From: an uncultured Chloroflexota bacterium
GTDB taxonomy: Bacteria; Chloroflexota; Anaerolineae; UBA4142; SHND01
NCBI GenBank assembly: GCA_937870825.1
Contig: CALMZO010000056.1
Span: 5,120-69,119 of the forward strand
Direction of reading: 5' to 3'
DNA: 64,000 bases
Shown: positions 56,496 to 64,000 of the stretch, piece after piece
Position numbering within the stretch: position 1 is the stretch's first letter
Layout: each line of letters begins with the position of its first letter
The notes under the pieces: model-generated
Seen by the model: only the letters and a program-made list of their open reading frames with translations
Told to the model about the DNA's origin: nothing
Databases searched by the model: none
Made by a program: the position numbers and the translations under genes

Positions 56496-58165
56496 TCGGA
56501 AGGCGCCGGACAATTTGTGCCGAGCGCGGCAAGTTTGACGATGAGTCGTTTGGCGTTCGCATCATAAAACCAACCGCCGTTCGCGCGCGCCGCTTGTTCT
56601 TCGCTCGCATATTCGCGCAAGGGAGCGCCCCACTCGGCATTCACGCCGACTGCGCCGTCCAACGTTCGGACAACGTTCGGTCTCTTTTGCACGCGCGCAA
56701 TGCGATACAGCAAGGGCTGTGATGGAACTTGGTCGAGCGTGCAGAGTGTGACGCGCCTTTGTTCACTCGTCACGTCAAAGGTGAGCCAGCCATTTGCCGC
56801 GTCGTAATAGCGAAAGGTGGAATGCGCGTTCGGGTACACGTTCACCGTCAAAAATTTTCGTGACGCATTCGTGCCGTGTCCGGTGACGTTGTTGCGGACG
56901 TGCATGGGAACAATCGCGCCGCGCAAAATAAAAATCGGCTCGCGTCCGAGCGGGACGGGATACGTAATCGCGCGGTTGCCCGCGAACGTTTGCGCTTCGT
57001 CCCAATAGTTAATCCATTCACCGGGCGGCAATTTGACGCGAATGTTTTTGTGATAGTCCGTCACGTAACGCACAAAAATTTCATTGCCGAGCTGCGCGGA
57101 ATAATTCGCCGGATTCATGTTGCGAAAAATCGGCGCTTGCGTTTCGTACGCCTCTTGTTGATAACTGTACAAGTACGGCGCGAGTTCGCGGTGCAGCGTC
57201 GCGTAATAACGGTACGCCTCCATGACGCGCGAGGGATAGCGCGCGTCCCACGGCTGCGCGCCTTTTGGCACATTTTCCATCACCGGTTGAAACGCGCCAA
57301 AGTGCATGCGGCGAATGTACGTCTCCGCATCCGGTGACGACGTTGCGAACCCGGAAAATTCGTTGAACGGCAGCGGCATGAGCGACGCGGAGTCAAACAC
57401 GCGGCGAATGCCCTCGCGCATTCCTTCAAAATCGGTGGATAGGTCATTCACGTACGCGACGTCTGCATATTCGGCGAGAAATTCATCGCTCGGGGTGTTT
57501 TTGCCATAGCGTTTGAAAATGACAACGCCGTCGGGAATGTGCGCGCGTTGATAATTCAACAATTCGAGCGCGTATTGCTCCGCGTAGGCGATTTGACCAT
57601 ATCGGTCGTCGGGACGCACATTGTCTGTGTAGAAACCGCCGAGCATTCCGCCGACGCGATTTCGCAAGCGGTCCAACAAACTGCGATAGTACGCAACGGC
57701 ATCGGGATTGTTGAAATCAATCCAGCTGCCGTTTCCCGTAAAATCGTCCGTGATAATGACGTTGCCTTCGCCGTCCGTCACAAAATAGTTGTTCGCCAAC
57801 GCGACATGATATTCCGGGCAGCGCAGCGCAATCAGCGGCACCGTCCAAAAAATTCCGCGAATGCCGAGCGCGTTCATGCGTTTGATGACGCGATTGCTGT
57901 AGCGAAATTCGCCGTTGCCCGCGCAGGTCTGCCATGTGCGCGCGTCGAAATGAAATGCCGTCACAGGCAAGTCCCATTCATCAATCGCGTCGAGATTGTC
58001 CATGATGGCTTGTTCTCTGCCGTCCGCGCCCAGAATCGGACCGAGAATCCACGAAACAGGCGGTTCGTCGCCCCAATCCGGCGCGGCGCGCGTTTGCCGC
58101 GGCGTACCGCTTTCGGCAAGCACGAAGCAAACGCTGAGGACAAGAGCAATGAGTACAAGACGCAT
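56492..58165 (-). CDS. Secreted GH31-like glycoside hydrolase
   Basis: Signal peptide; IDFNNPDAVAYY, GFYTD, ELAPYLY, LPPGEWINYW, PIFILRGAIVP. Confidence 0.8.
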   Translation of the reverse strand: MRLVLIALVLSVCFVLAESGTPRQTRAAPDWGDEPPVSWILGPILGADGREQAIMDNLDAIDEWDLPVTAFHFDARTWQTCAGNGEFRYSNRVIKRMNALGIRGIFWTVPLIALRCPEYHVALANNYFVTDGEGNVIITDDFTGNGSWIDFNNPDAVAYYRSLLDRLRNRVGGMLGGFYTDNVRPDDRYGQIAYAEQYALELLNYQRAHIPDGVVIFKRYGKNTPSDEFLAEYADVAYVNDLSTDFEGMREGIRRVFDSASLMPLPFNEFSGFATSSPDAETYIRRMHFGAFQPVMENVPKGAQPWDARYPSRVMEAYRYYATLHRELAPYLYSYQQEAYETQAPIFRNMNPANYSAQLGNEIFVRYVTDYHKNIRVKLPPGEWINYWDEAQTFAGNRAITYPVPLGREPIFILRGAIVPMHVRNNVTGHGTNASRKFLTVNVYPNAHSTFRYYDAANGWLTFDVTSEQRRVTLCTLDQVPSQPLLYRIARVQKRPNVVRTLDGAVGVNAEWGAPLREYASEEQAARANGGWFYDANAKRLIVKLAALGTNCPAPSE

Positions 58166-58176
58166 GGTTACAGTGT

Positions 58177-58207
58177 CGCGTCGCACAGAAATTTTCTGTG
58201 CGACGCG
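58177..58207. repeat. Palindrome with 15 bp arms (REP-like)
   Basis: CGCGTCGCACAGAAA-T-TTTCTGTGCGACGCG. Confidence 0.75.
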
Positions 58208-58216
58208 CGCAGAAAA

Positions 58217-59845
58217 TTATTGTTTCAACACAAGCAGACGCATATTGGCGCGCCCAAAAAGCGCAACCTGTTCGTACCGTCGTTCCATCCATCGGTACAG
58301 CGGCTTGGTCCAATCGAGACGCGTCTCGCGCGCGAGCGTAATCACTTTGGGCGGATTTTGGTCGAGCGCGTCAATCATGCCTTGCATTCCGCCGGGTTCC
58401 GATGCCAGCACGCCCAAACCCGACTTGCTGCCGAGATGCAAAATTTTTGTCGCGTTCGGTTGTTGCGTTTCTATCAAAACAATCGCATTGCCAAACGACA
58501 GCACGCGGTCTCCCGGCTGCAAGTACTCTTTCGCCGCGTTTGCGACTTGCACTTGGTCTCCAAACGTCGTGCCGGTGATGCGATAACCCCACACGTCGAA
58601 CCAATACACATACAGCAACGCGGCGGCAACGAGCGCGAGCAAAATCATTTGCGCTTGCGCCGCGTTTGGAACGCTTGATGAAATGCCGCGCGTGAGCGCG
58701 CGCGAGAGAGTTACCGCGAGCCAACCGACGCCGAGCGCAACGACCGGCATCAACGGAATCAAATCGGGACAATAATCAAAATCAATGAGTGTAAATGCGG
58801 CAAAACCGAACGCATACAAAATCAACGGCGTGCGCCGCAAATCGAGCGGCAAACGTTTTGCGCGCGCGGCAGAAACGATTTGCGCGGCGAGCATACTGAA
58901 AAAGCCCAACGCGCCAATTCCATTCAACCAGTACTCGCCGAGCGAATAGCAGTACAGCGCGCCATCTTCGATAATCTCCGCCAGATTGCCGTCAACCGTT
59001 TGAAACAATGGCACGCGCGCCTGCGTGTTGTTGAAATGCGTGACGTTTGCGCCAATCGTGGCGTTATATGCCGCGAGCAGCGCGTTATTCGCGACGAGAT
59101 ACAACATGACGAATGCAAACGGCGCGAGAAATCCCAAAAGCAAGCGCGCATTGTTTTGCAATCCCGCGCGCAAATTTTCTTGCGGACGCGCGCGCTTGCT
59201 TTCCAAAAACGGCGCGAGCAACGCCAACAGCATCGCAATCGCTTGCACCATCAGCGCGGGCTGCCACGCGAGCGTACTCAATGCCGCGCACACGCCTGTC
59301 CAGCCCCATCGTTTTTGCGCGAGAAACGCCAACGCCAACAGCGCAAACAAAATGACGAATACTTTTGGTTCGGGTCCCGTGAGCGCGCGCAAGCCGTAAA
59401 AATTCCAGCTTGCCATCACAATGCCCGCCAGTATGCCCACCGCGCGCGATTGAAACAACACGCGTCCTGCCCAATACGTCGCGCTCGTCGTCGCCATCAC
59501 CATCGCGAGTGACATGAGCCGCGTGCCCATGATGTCCGAAATGCCAATCACGCGCGCGACAAATATCGCAAACGCGCTCACAAAATCGGCGAGCGGCGCT
59601 TTGATGATGGCAACGTCGCGATAAATTGCGTTGCCCGCCAACATTTGCTGCGCGGCGTAAATGTGAAATGTCGTGTCGTGCGGAATCGGCTGCCGCAAAA
59701 TATCGTACTGCAACGAATACGCGGCGGCGCATAACGCCAGCGCAATCATCCACCACACATCGGCGTAACGAATCAGTAAAACGCGGAGGTCTTGAATTCG
59801 AGTGGACGCAGAGGGACGAGCGAGGGAATTTATTTCAACGGTCAC
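58217..59845 (-). CDS. Polytopic membrane protein, GT-C-like (start uncertain)
   Basis: PHDTTFHIYAAQ..G..IYRD..K.P loop; many TM segments. Confidence 0.65.
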   Translation of the reverse strand: MTVEINSLARPSASTRIQDLRVLLIRYADVWWMIALALCAAAYSLQYDILRQPIPHDTTFHIYAAQQMLAGNAIYRDVAIIKAPLADFVSAFAIFVARVIGISDIMGTRLMSLAMVMATTSATYWAGRVLFQSRAVGILAGIVMASWNFYGLRALTGPEPKVFVILFALLALAFLAQKRWGWTGVCAALSTLAWQPALMVQAIAMLLALLAPFLESKRARPQENLRAGLQNNARLLLGFLAPFAFVMLYLVANNALLAAYNATIGANVTHFNNTQARVPLFQTVDGNLAEIIEDGALYCYSLGEYWLNGIGALGFFSMLAAQIVSAARAKRLPLDLRRTPLILYAFGFAAFTLIDFDYCPDLIPLMPVVALGVGWLAVTLSRALTRGISSSVPNAAQAQMILLALVAAALLYVYWFDVWGYRITGTTFGDQVQVANAAKEYLQPGDRVLSFGNAIVLIETQQPNATKILHLGSKSGLGVLASEPGGMQGMIDALDQNPPKVITLARETRLDWTKPLYRWMERRYEQVALFGRANMRLLVLKQ

Positions 59846-59869
59846 AGTAGAACAGTTATAATGCCTGCG

Positions 59870-61204
59870 ATGCAGTTTCTAAAATGGATTGGGCTTGGGT
59901 TCGCGCTGTTTGTTTTGAATGCGTGTCAACCGACGCCTGCGGCACCCGCGCAAATCGCGCAAGGTCCGCTCGTCGGCGCAGTGACGGATACGTCAGCAAA
60001 CGTTTGGGTGCGTACCAATCAAGCAGCGCGTGTACAAATCGAATACGCAACCGACGCAGCGTTGCAAAACAAAACGACGAGCGAAACCCGAACCACCGAC
60101 GCAAGCAGCGATTTTACCACGATTGTTTCAATCCCCAAGCTCGCGCCGCAGCAGACGTATTTTTACAATGTCCTCATAAATGACGTTCCGCAATTGAGCG
60201 CGCCGTACCCGCAATTCCAAACGTTCGCGCCGCGCGGTTCGGATGCGCCGTTTCGTTTCGTCATCCTCACCGATTTTCGCACCATTTCAAAAATTACGCA
60301 GAGCGTTGACACCTTCAAACGCGCCGCGCAAGAAAAGCCCGCGTTCGTCATTCTCGGCGGCGACCTCGACCATCGCAATCCGACGACGCTCGAAGAAAAA
60401 CGCCAAATGTTCCGCGATTTGTACACGCCCGCGAACGGCATGGAGGATTTCGTCAATCTGATTTTAAAAAATTTTTCGCTTGTCCATTTTTGGGATGACC
60501 ACGATTACGGCGACAACAACGCGAACAAAAATTATCCGTACAAAGCCGACTCGCTGCGCGTGCTACAAGAATATTTTCCGCTTTATCCGATTTCGCTAAC
60601 GGGTGACTGTTGCCAATCTCGAATTGGAGATTGGCAAACATTTTCGTACGGCAACGCCGATTTTTTTATTCTCGATTCGCGCAGTCAACGTGACCCGCAC
60701 TTGCCGCGCCAATCCAGCAACTCGATGCTCGACGGCGACGACCTGGGCGCGCAAGGACAACGCGAGTGGTTGTTGAACGGTTTGAAACATTCCAAGGCGC
60801 GTTGGAAATTTATAGTGTCGCCCGTCATTTTCAATCCGACGACCAAAGTCAACGACGGCTGGGGCGCGTATCCGCACGAACGCCAATTGATTTTGGATTT
60901 CATCGAACGCAGCGCGATTTCGAATGTCATCATTTTGTCCGGCGACCTGCACGCGGGCGCGATTGACGACGGCACAAATTCGGGTTTGCCCGAACTTGTC
61001 GCGCCGACCGCGAACGACGGTTTCGACAAACGCTGTCTCACCGAACAAACGGGCAACGTGGGCAAATGGAGCGTAGGAATTTTTGGCGATGCGAGTGGAA
61101 CGCCGTGCAATGGCTACGCGGTGGTGGAGGTGAGTGCGGAGAATGTGAAATTGCAGGTAAAAAATTCGCGGGGGAATGTGGAATTAGAGTACGTTGTGAA
61201 ATAA
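59870..61204 (+). CDS. PhoD-like alkaline phosphatase lipoprotein
   Basis: Lipobox LNAC; GPLVGAV, WDDHDY, LDSRSQR, LSGDLH; TATAAT 7 nt before ATG 59870 (possibly leaderless). Confidence 0.85.
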   Translation: MQFLKWIGLGFALFVLNACQPTPAAPAQIAQGPLVGAVTDTSANVWVRTNQAARVQIEYATDAALQNKTTSETRTTDASSDFTTIVSIPKLAPQQTYFYNVLINDVPQLSAPYPQFQTFAPRGSDAPFRFVILTDFRTISKITQSVDTFKRAAQEKPAFVILGGDLDHRNPTTLEEKRQMFRDLYTPANGMEDFVNLILKNFSLVHFWDDHDYGDNNANKNYPYKADSLRVLQEYFPLYPISLTGDCCQSRIGDWQTFSYGNADFFILDSRSQRDPHLPRQSSNSMLDGDDLGAQGQREWLLNGLKHSKARWKFIVSPVIFNPTTKVNDGWGAYPHERQLILDFIERSAISNVIILSGDLHAGAIDDGTNSGLPELVAPTANDGFDKRCLTEQTGNVGKWSVGIFGDASGTPCNGYAVVEVSAENVKLQVKNSRGNVELEYVVK

Positions 61205-61232
61205 AAAGGACGCCGTTGAGGCGTCTCTTTTG
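61203..61232. terminator. Bidirectional terminator
   Basis: AAAAAGGACGCC / GGCGTCTCTTTT between convergent genes. Confidence 0.65.
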
Positions 61233-61233
61233 T

Positions 61234-61494
61234 TTATAGACTCTTTAACGTCTTGTCATGTGCGCCAACGTTTCGAAGCCAAATTGCATTTTCTTGTATC
61301 TGAAACGTAATGCGAATCGAACGGCTCGCACGCGCTTCAAAAATGTCAGCGGTGCCTTCCATTTTTTTGACACGCAGACTCGGATGCCGCAAGTTTTCAA
61401 CCATCAAGCGCAATGCTTTTTCGACGCGTTTGCGGTCTGCTTTGCTCAATCCTTGAAACGCACTTTTGAAACGTTCGGTGCGGCGTATTTGCAT
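61234..61494 (-). CDS. RelE/ParE-superfamily toxin
   Basis: TERFKSAF, HPSLRVKKM, IFEARASRSIRITF, LRNVGAHD. Confidence 0.8.
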   Translation of the reverse strand: MQIRRTERFKSAFQGLSKADRKRVEKALRLMVENLRHPSLRVKKMEGTADIFEARASRSIRITFQIQENAIWLRNVGAHDKTLKSL

Positions 61495-61500
61495 AGACCT

Positions 61501-61776
61501 TTACGAATTCAAGTCGCGTATCAAATCATCCACATTCGCAAAAGTTTCCACGCGTCCCGCATCAATATCTTGTTGCGCCGCGCGTTCTGCCGCTTGCCAT
61601 TCCTCACTCCAAAAATATGCCTGGTCTTGGTCAAGCACTTTTTGCGGCGTCAAAACCAAACTCTTGCCAATAACCTTGACTTGGAGATATTGACCGCTTC
61701 GTAATCCTAAATGGCGGCGTAAAGTGGGCGACAATCGGACTTGCCCATCGCGCGAGAGTTTGACGATATTTTCCAT
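61501..61776 (-). CDS. AbrB/MazE-type antitoxin
   Basis: DGQVRL..LRRHLGL..G, DQAYFWSEEWQAAERAAQQDIDAGR. Confidence 0.8.
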   Translation of the reverse strand: MENIVKLSRDGQVRLSPTLRRHLGLRSGQYLQVKVIGKSLVLTPQKVLDQDQAYFWSEEWQAAERAAQQDIDAGRVETFANVDDLIRDLNS

Positions 61777-61817
61777 CATTCCTCCGTACTCCAATTTTAT
61801 CACATGTTCTTGCGCCT

Positions 61818-63872
61818 TTATTTCTCCATCCACACGCGCACATCATCGAGCCAACTCGTCGGCTCAAATTGAAACGCATAGTCGCGGATTCCAAATTCGA
61901 TGCGCGCGATGCTGACACCTGCGGGGACAATGCCGTCCACGACCATCAGCGCCCAATCCGCTTTGTCGGTTGGGACAATGATTGGCAAGCGCGTGCGTTT
62001 TGGCGATGCGTTGTTCGATTCATAAAAATTCACAGAGAGCTGCGGCGTGATGGAATAAAAACCACTCGTCGGATTTTTCACGTAGGCGGTCACACGAAAC
62101 AGTTTTCCCTGCGTCACGGGAAATTCCGCCGAACGCACTGCAGTATTTTTCGCGCGCTGCAGAGTTACGCGCAAGGACGCGCTGCCATCCACGGCTTGCT
62201 GTGAATCTTGAATCCATGTCGCTTCGTTGCCCGTTCTCTGCCAACCTGACAAACCATTTTCAAAACTCGCGTTTGATAAAGGAATCTGCGCGAACGCATT
62301 CGCATTGCCCAATTCTTGAATGACGATATCGTCAACCTCGCGCGTCTCGCGCACGCGCGGCGCGTTCGTCGGCTCCAAATCTTCTTGCAAGCCAATCCAC
62401 CACGCGCGTCCCGTCGGCGGCGCGCTGTAAATTTTTTGCAAAAACGCCGCGTCAAAATAGGGCACGATGGAACGTGACGTCAGCGCGCGCGCGGCGAGCG
62501 GAAACAAAATCAAATCGCCCGGCGCGGCGCGCGTCGTGACCTCTTGTGCCGCCTCGCGCCAATGTCGCGAGACATCCATCTCTTTCCACCCCTTGCCCGT
62601 AAAAACGGTTCGCGTTCCATTCCAATACGGCATGTTGGGTAATGTTGCAATCAGCAAAAGCGCAAACACCGCGAACCCTGCAAATGCGGCGCGCGGCGCG
62701 GAATGCAAAACGCGCTGCCGCAAAACATCCGTGACGGCGACGATGCCGCCCGCGACAAACATCAAGTACGCGGGCAAAACGAAAATCAGATATTTCACCG
62801 GCAAGCGGCGCGGCGCCAAAATGACCATCAGCGCAATTGGCAACATGAGCGAAACGCCGAGCCAAAACAGCGCCGCGCGTTTTTCCCTGCGCGCCGTCCA
62901 CCCGACGCCGATGACCGCGAGCGCGGCGAACAGCCCAAGTCCCCACGTTGCATCGCCGCTAAAATCTTTTAATGTGCGCGGAACATCCTGCCACGACAAA
63001 TCCCATTCTTCGTCTTGATTCGCATCTTCGCGCGTCAATTGGCGGTCCAAAAATGCCGAGCCGACGGCGGGCGTCCACGGCAAATACAGCGCGCCGAGCA
63101 CAATCAACGCCACCAAAAACGGACGCGCCCTGGTGAGCGCGGCGCCGAGCCAACCGCGCCGATTTTGACGCACTGCGTCATAAATCACTTTCAAGCCAAC
63201 GGCGAGAACAATTCCCGCCAACGGCAAAAGGAACAAATAGTGTGTGTACAAACCCAAGGCGCCGACGAACGCAAACAGCAGCCACCAACGCGCGCGCTTT
63301 AAATCAAAACGTTTTTGGAGCGTTTCATTCGGCGCGCGTGATGTTGCCATCGCGCGCGCAACGCTGTACAACATCAAAACAATCAACAAAACAAACAATG
63401 TGTAATTCCGCGCGTTTTGCGCGTACAAGACAGCCAATGGCGAAAACGCCAACAGCGCCGCGCTCAACAAGCCGACGCGCGCATTGAACAGGCGTTTTCC
63501 CAATATGTACAATGCAGGAATCGCAAGAATTCCAACCATCACGGCAGGAATGCGCAACAAAAATTCATTCCAGCCGCCCGCAACGAAAAATTTCGTGAAC
63601 GCGAACCACAACGGCGGATGCGCGCTGAACGCTGCCACGCTTGGCAGAAAAATCTCCCAATCGTATTGGGCAAAGAGCAGCGTAAAAATTTCCCCGTCCC
63701 ACACACTCCGAACGGGCAAATCATAAAAGCGCAAAAACGCGCCGACGAGTGTGAGAACGAGCATCGTCACCCACACGCGCGCGCGTGATAAAGAAATCAA
63801 TCTATTCACCCTCTCGCCTACTTTTGCAAGCTCTTTTTCGACAATTGCCACTGAATACTGACTACTGCCCAC
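61818..63872 (-). CDS. GT-C (ArnT/PMT-like) glycosyltransferase with a C-terminal CBM-like domain (start uncertain)
   Basis: SVWDGE, HPPL, YAQNARNY, LYTHY; NASFENGLSGW..WLDDV jelly-roll domain. Confidence 0.75.
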   Translation of the reverse strand: MGSSQYSVAIVEKELAKVGERVNRLISLSRARVWVTMLVLTLVGAFLRFYDLPVRSVWDGEIFTLLFAQYDWEIFLPSVAAFSAHPPLWFAFTKFFVAGGWNEFLLRIPAVMVGILAIPALYILGKRLFNARVGLLSAALLAFSPLAVLYAQNARNYTLFVLLIVLMLYSVARAMATSRAPNETLQKRFDLKRARWWLLFAFVGALGLYTHYLFLLPLAGIVLAVGLKVIYDAVRQNRRGWLGAALTRARPFLVALIVLGALYLPWTPAVGSAFLDRQLTREDANQDEEWDLSWQDVPRTLKDFSGDATWGLGLFAALAVIGVGWTARREKRAALFWLGVSLMLPIALMVILAPRRLPVKYLIFVLPAYLMFVAGGIVAVTDVLRQRVLHSAPRAAFAGFAVFALLLIATLPNMPYWNGTRTVFTGKGWKEMDVSRHWREAAQEVTTRAAPGDLILFPLAARALTSRSIVPYFDAAFLQKIYSAPPTGRAWWIGLQEDLEPTNAPRVRETREVDDIVIQELGNANAFAQIPLSNASFENGLSGWQRTGNEATWIQDSQQAVDGSASLRVTLQRAKNTAVRSAEFPVTQGKLFRVTAYVKNPTSGFYSITPQLSVNFYESNNASPKRTRLPIIVPTDKADWALMVVDGIVPAGVSIARIEFGIRDYAFQFEPTSWLDDVRVWMEK

Positions 63873-63881
63873 TGCTTACTG
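63847..63881. repeat. Heptamer array NNNACTG x5
   Basis: GCCACTG AATACTG ACTACTG CCCACTG CTTACTG; contains the stop at 63876. Confidence 0.75.
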
Positions 63882-63998
63882 ATTTCTCCACCACACATCC
63901 GTCTCGCGCTGCGTTCCGCCTTCCGACGCGCCGTACGACGATTGCAGTGTATAGTTTTTTTCAATCCACGCGTACAGCGGCGCTGCCCAAATTTTGTC
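63876..63998 (-). CDS. 3' end of a further GT-C-like gene (partial)
   Basis: Reads DKIWAAPLYAWIEKNY..., similar to WTKPLYRWMERRY of 58217-59845. Confidence 0.5.
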   Translation of the reverse strand, partial: DKIWAAPLYAWIEKNYTLQSSYGASEGGTQRETDVWWRNQ

Positions 63999-64000
63999 TT

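Noticed and set aside
8155-58678. Long antisense ORFs (e.g. 8155-9474, 16962-18326, 34626-35540, 48764-49972, 52213-53592, 57539-58678)
   Set aside because: Shadows of well-supported genes on the opposite strand, with no independent motifs
61234-61776. TA pair as the marker of a larger mobile element
   Set aside because: No integrase, transposase or terminal repeats nearby; treated as a solitary TA insertion

Overview
Bacterial chromosomal window around the replication origin. Gene content suggests Chloroflexota, possibly Anaerolineae-like (inference, not a database result). Left to right: a nitrogen assimilation block (glnA, a gltB split into two ORFs, a PAT/MddA-like GNAT, an orphan Pycsar-type membrane effector, a PdtaS/PdtaR-like GAF kinase and ANTAR regulator); an exonuclease, mutY and small housekeeping genes; dnaA flanked by two DnaA-box clusters with a DnaA-trio unwinding element; a TetR-controlled ABC/HlyD exporter; a pdxS-pdxT-thiN-thiBPQ-phhB operon with two TPP riboswitches in series; a DUF4388-MglA-V4R module; and a 24 kb surface-glycan locus (10 glycosyltransferases, a sulfotransferase, GT-C proteins, GH31, PhoD, a TA pair). 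The main unexplained signal is about 25 short degenerate 7/8/9-mer tandem arrays at gene junctions, many as inverted pairs and many containing the stop codon of the adjacent gene. Several REP-like palindromes are also inserted in frame in conserved proteins. No rRNA, tRNA, CRISPR array or transposase was recognised. All calls come from reading motifs by eye.
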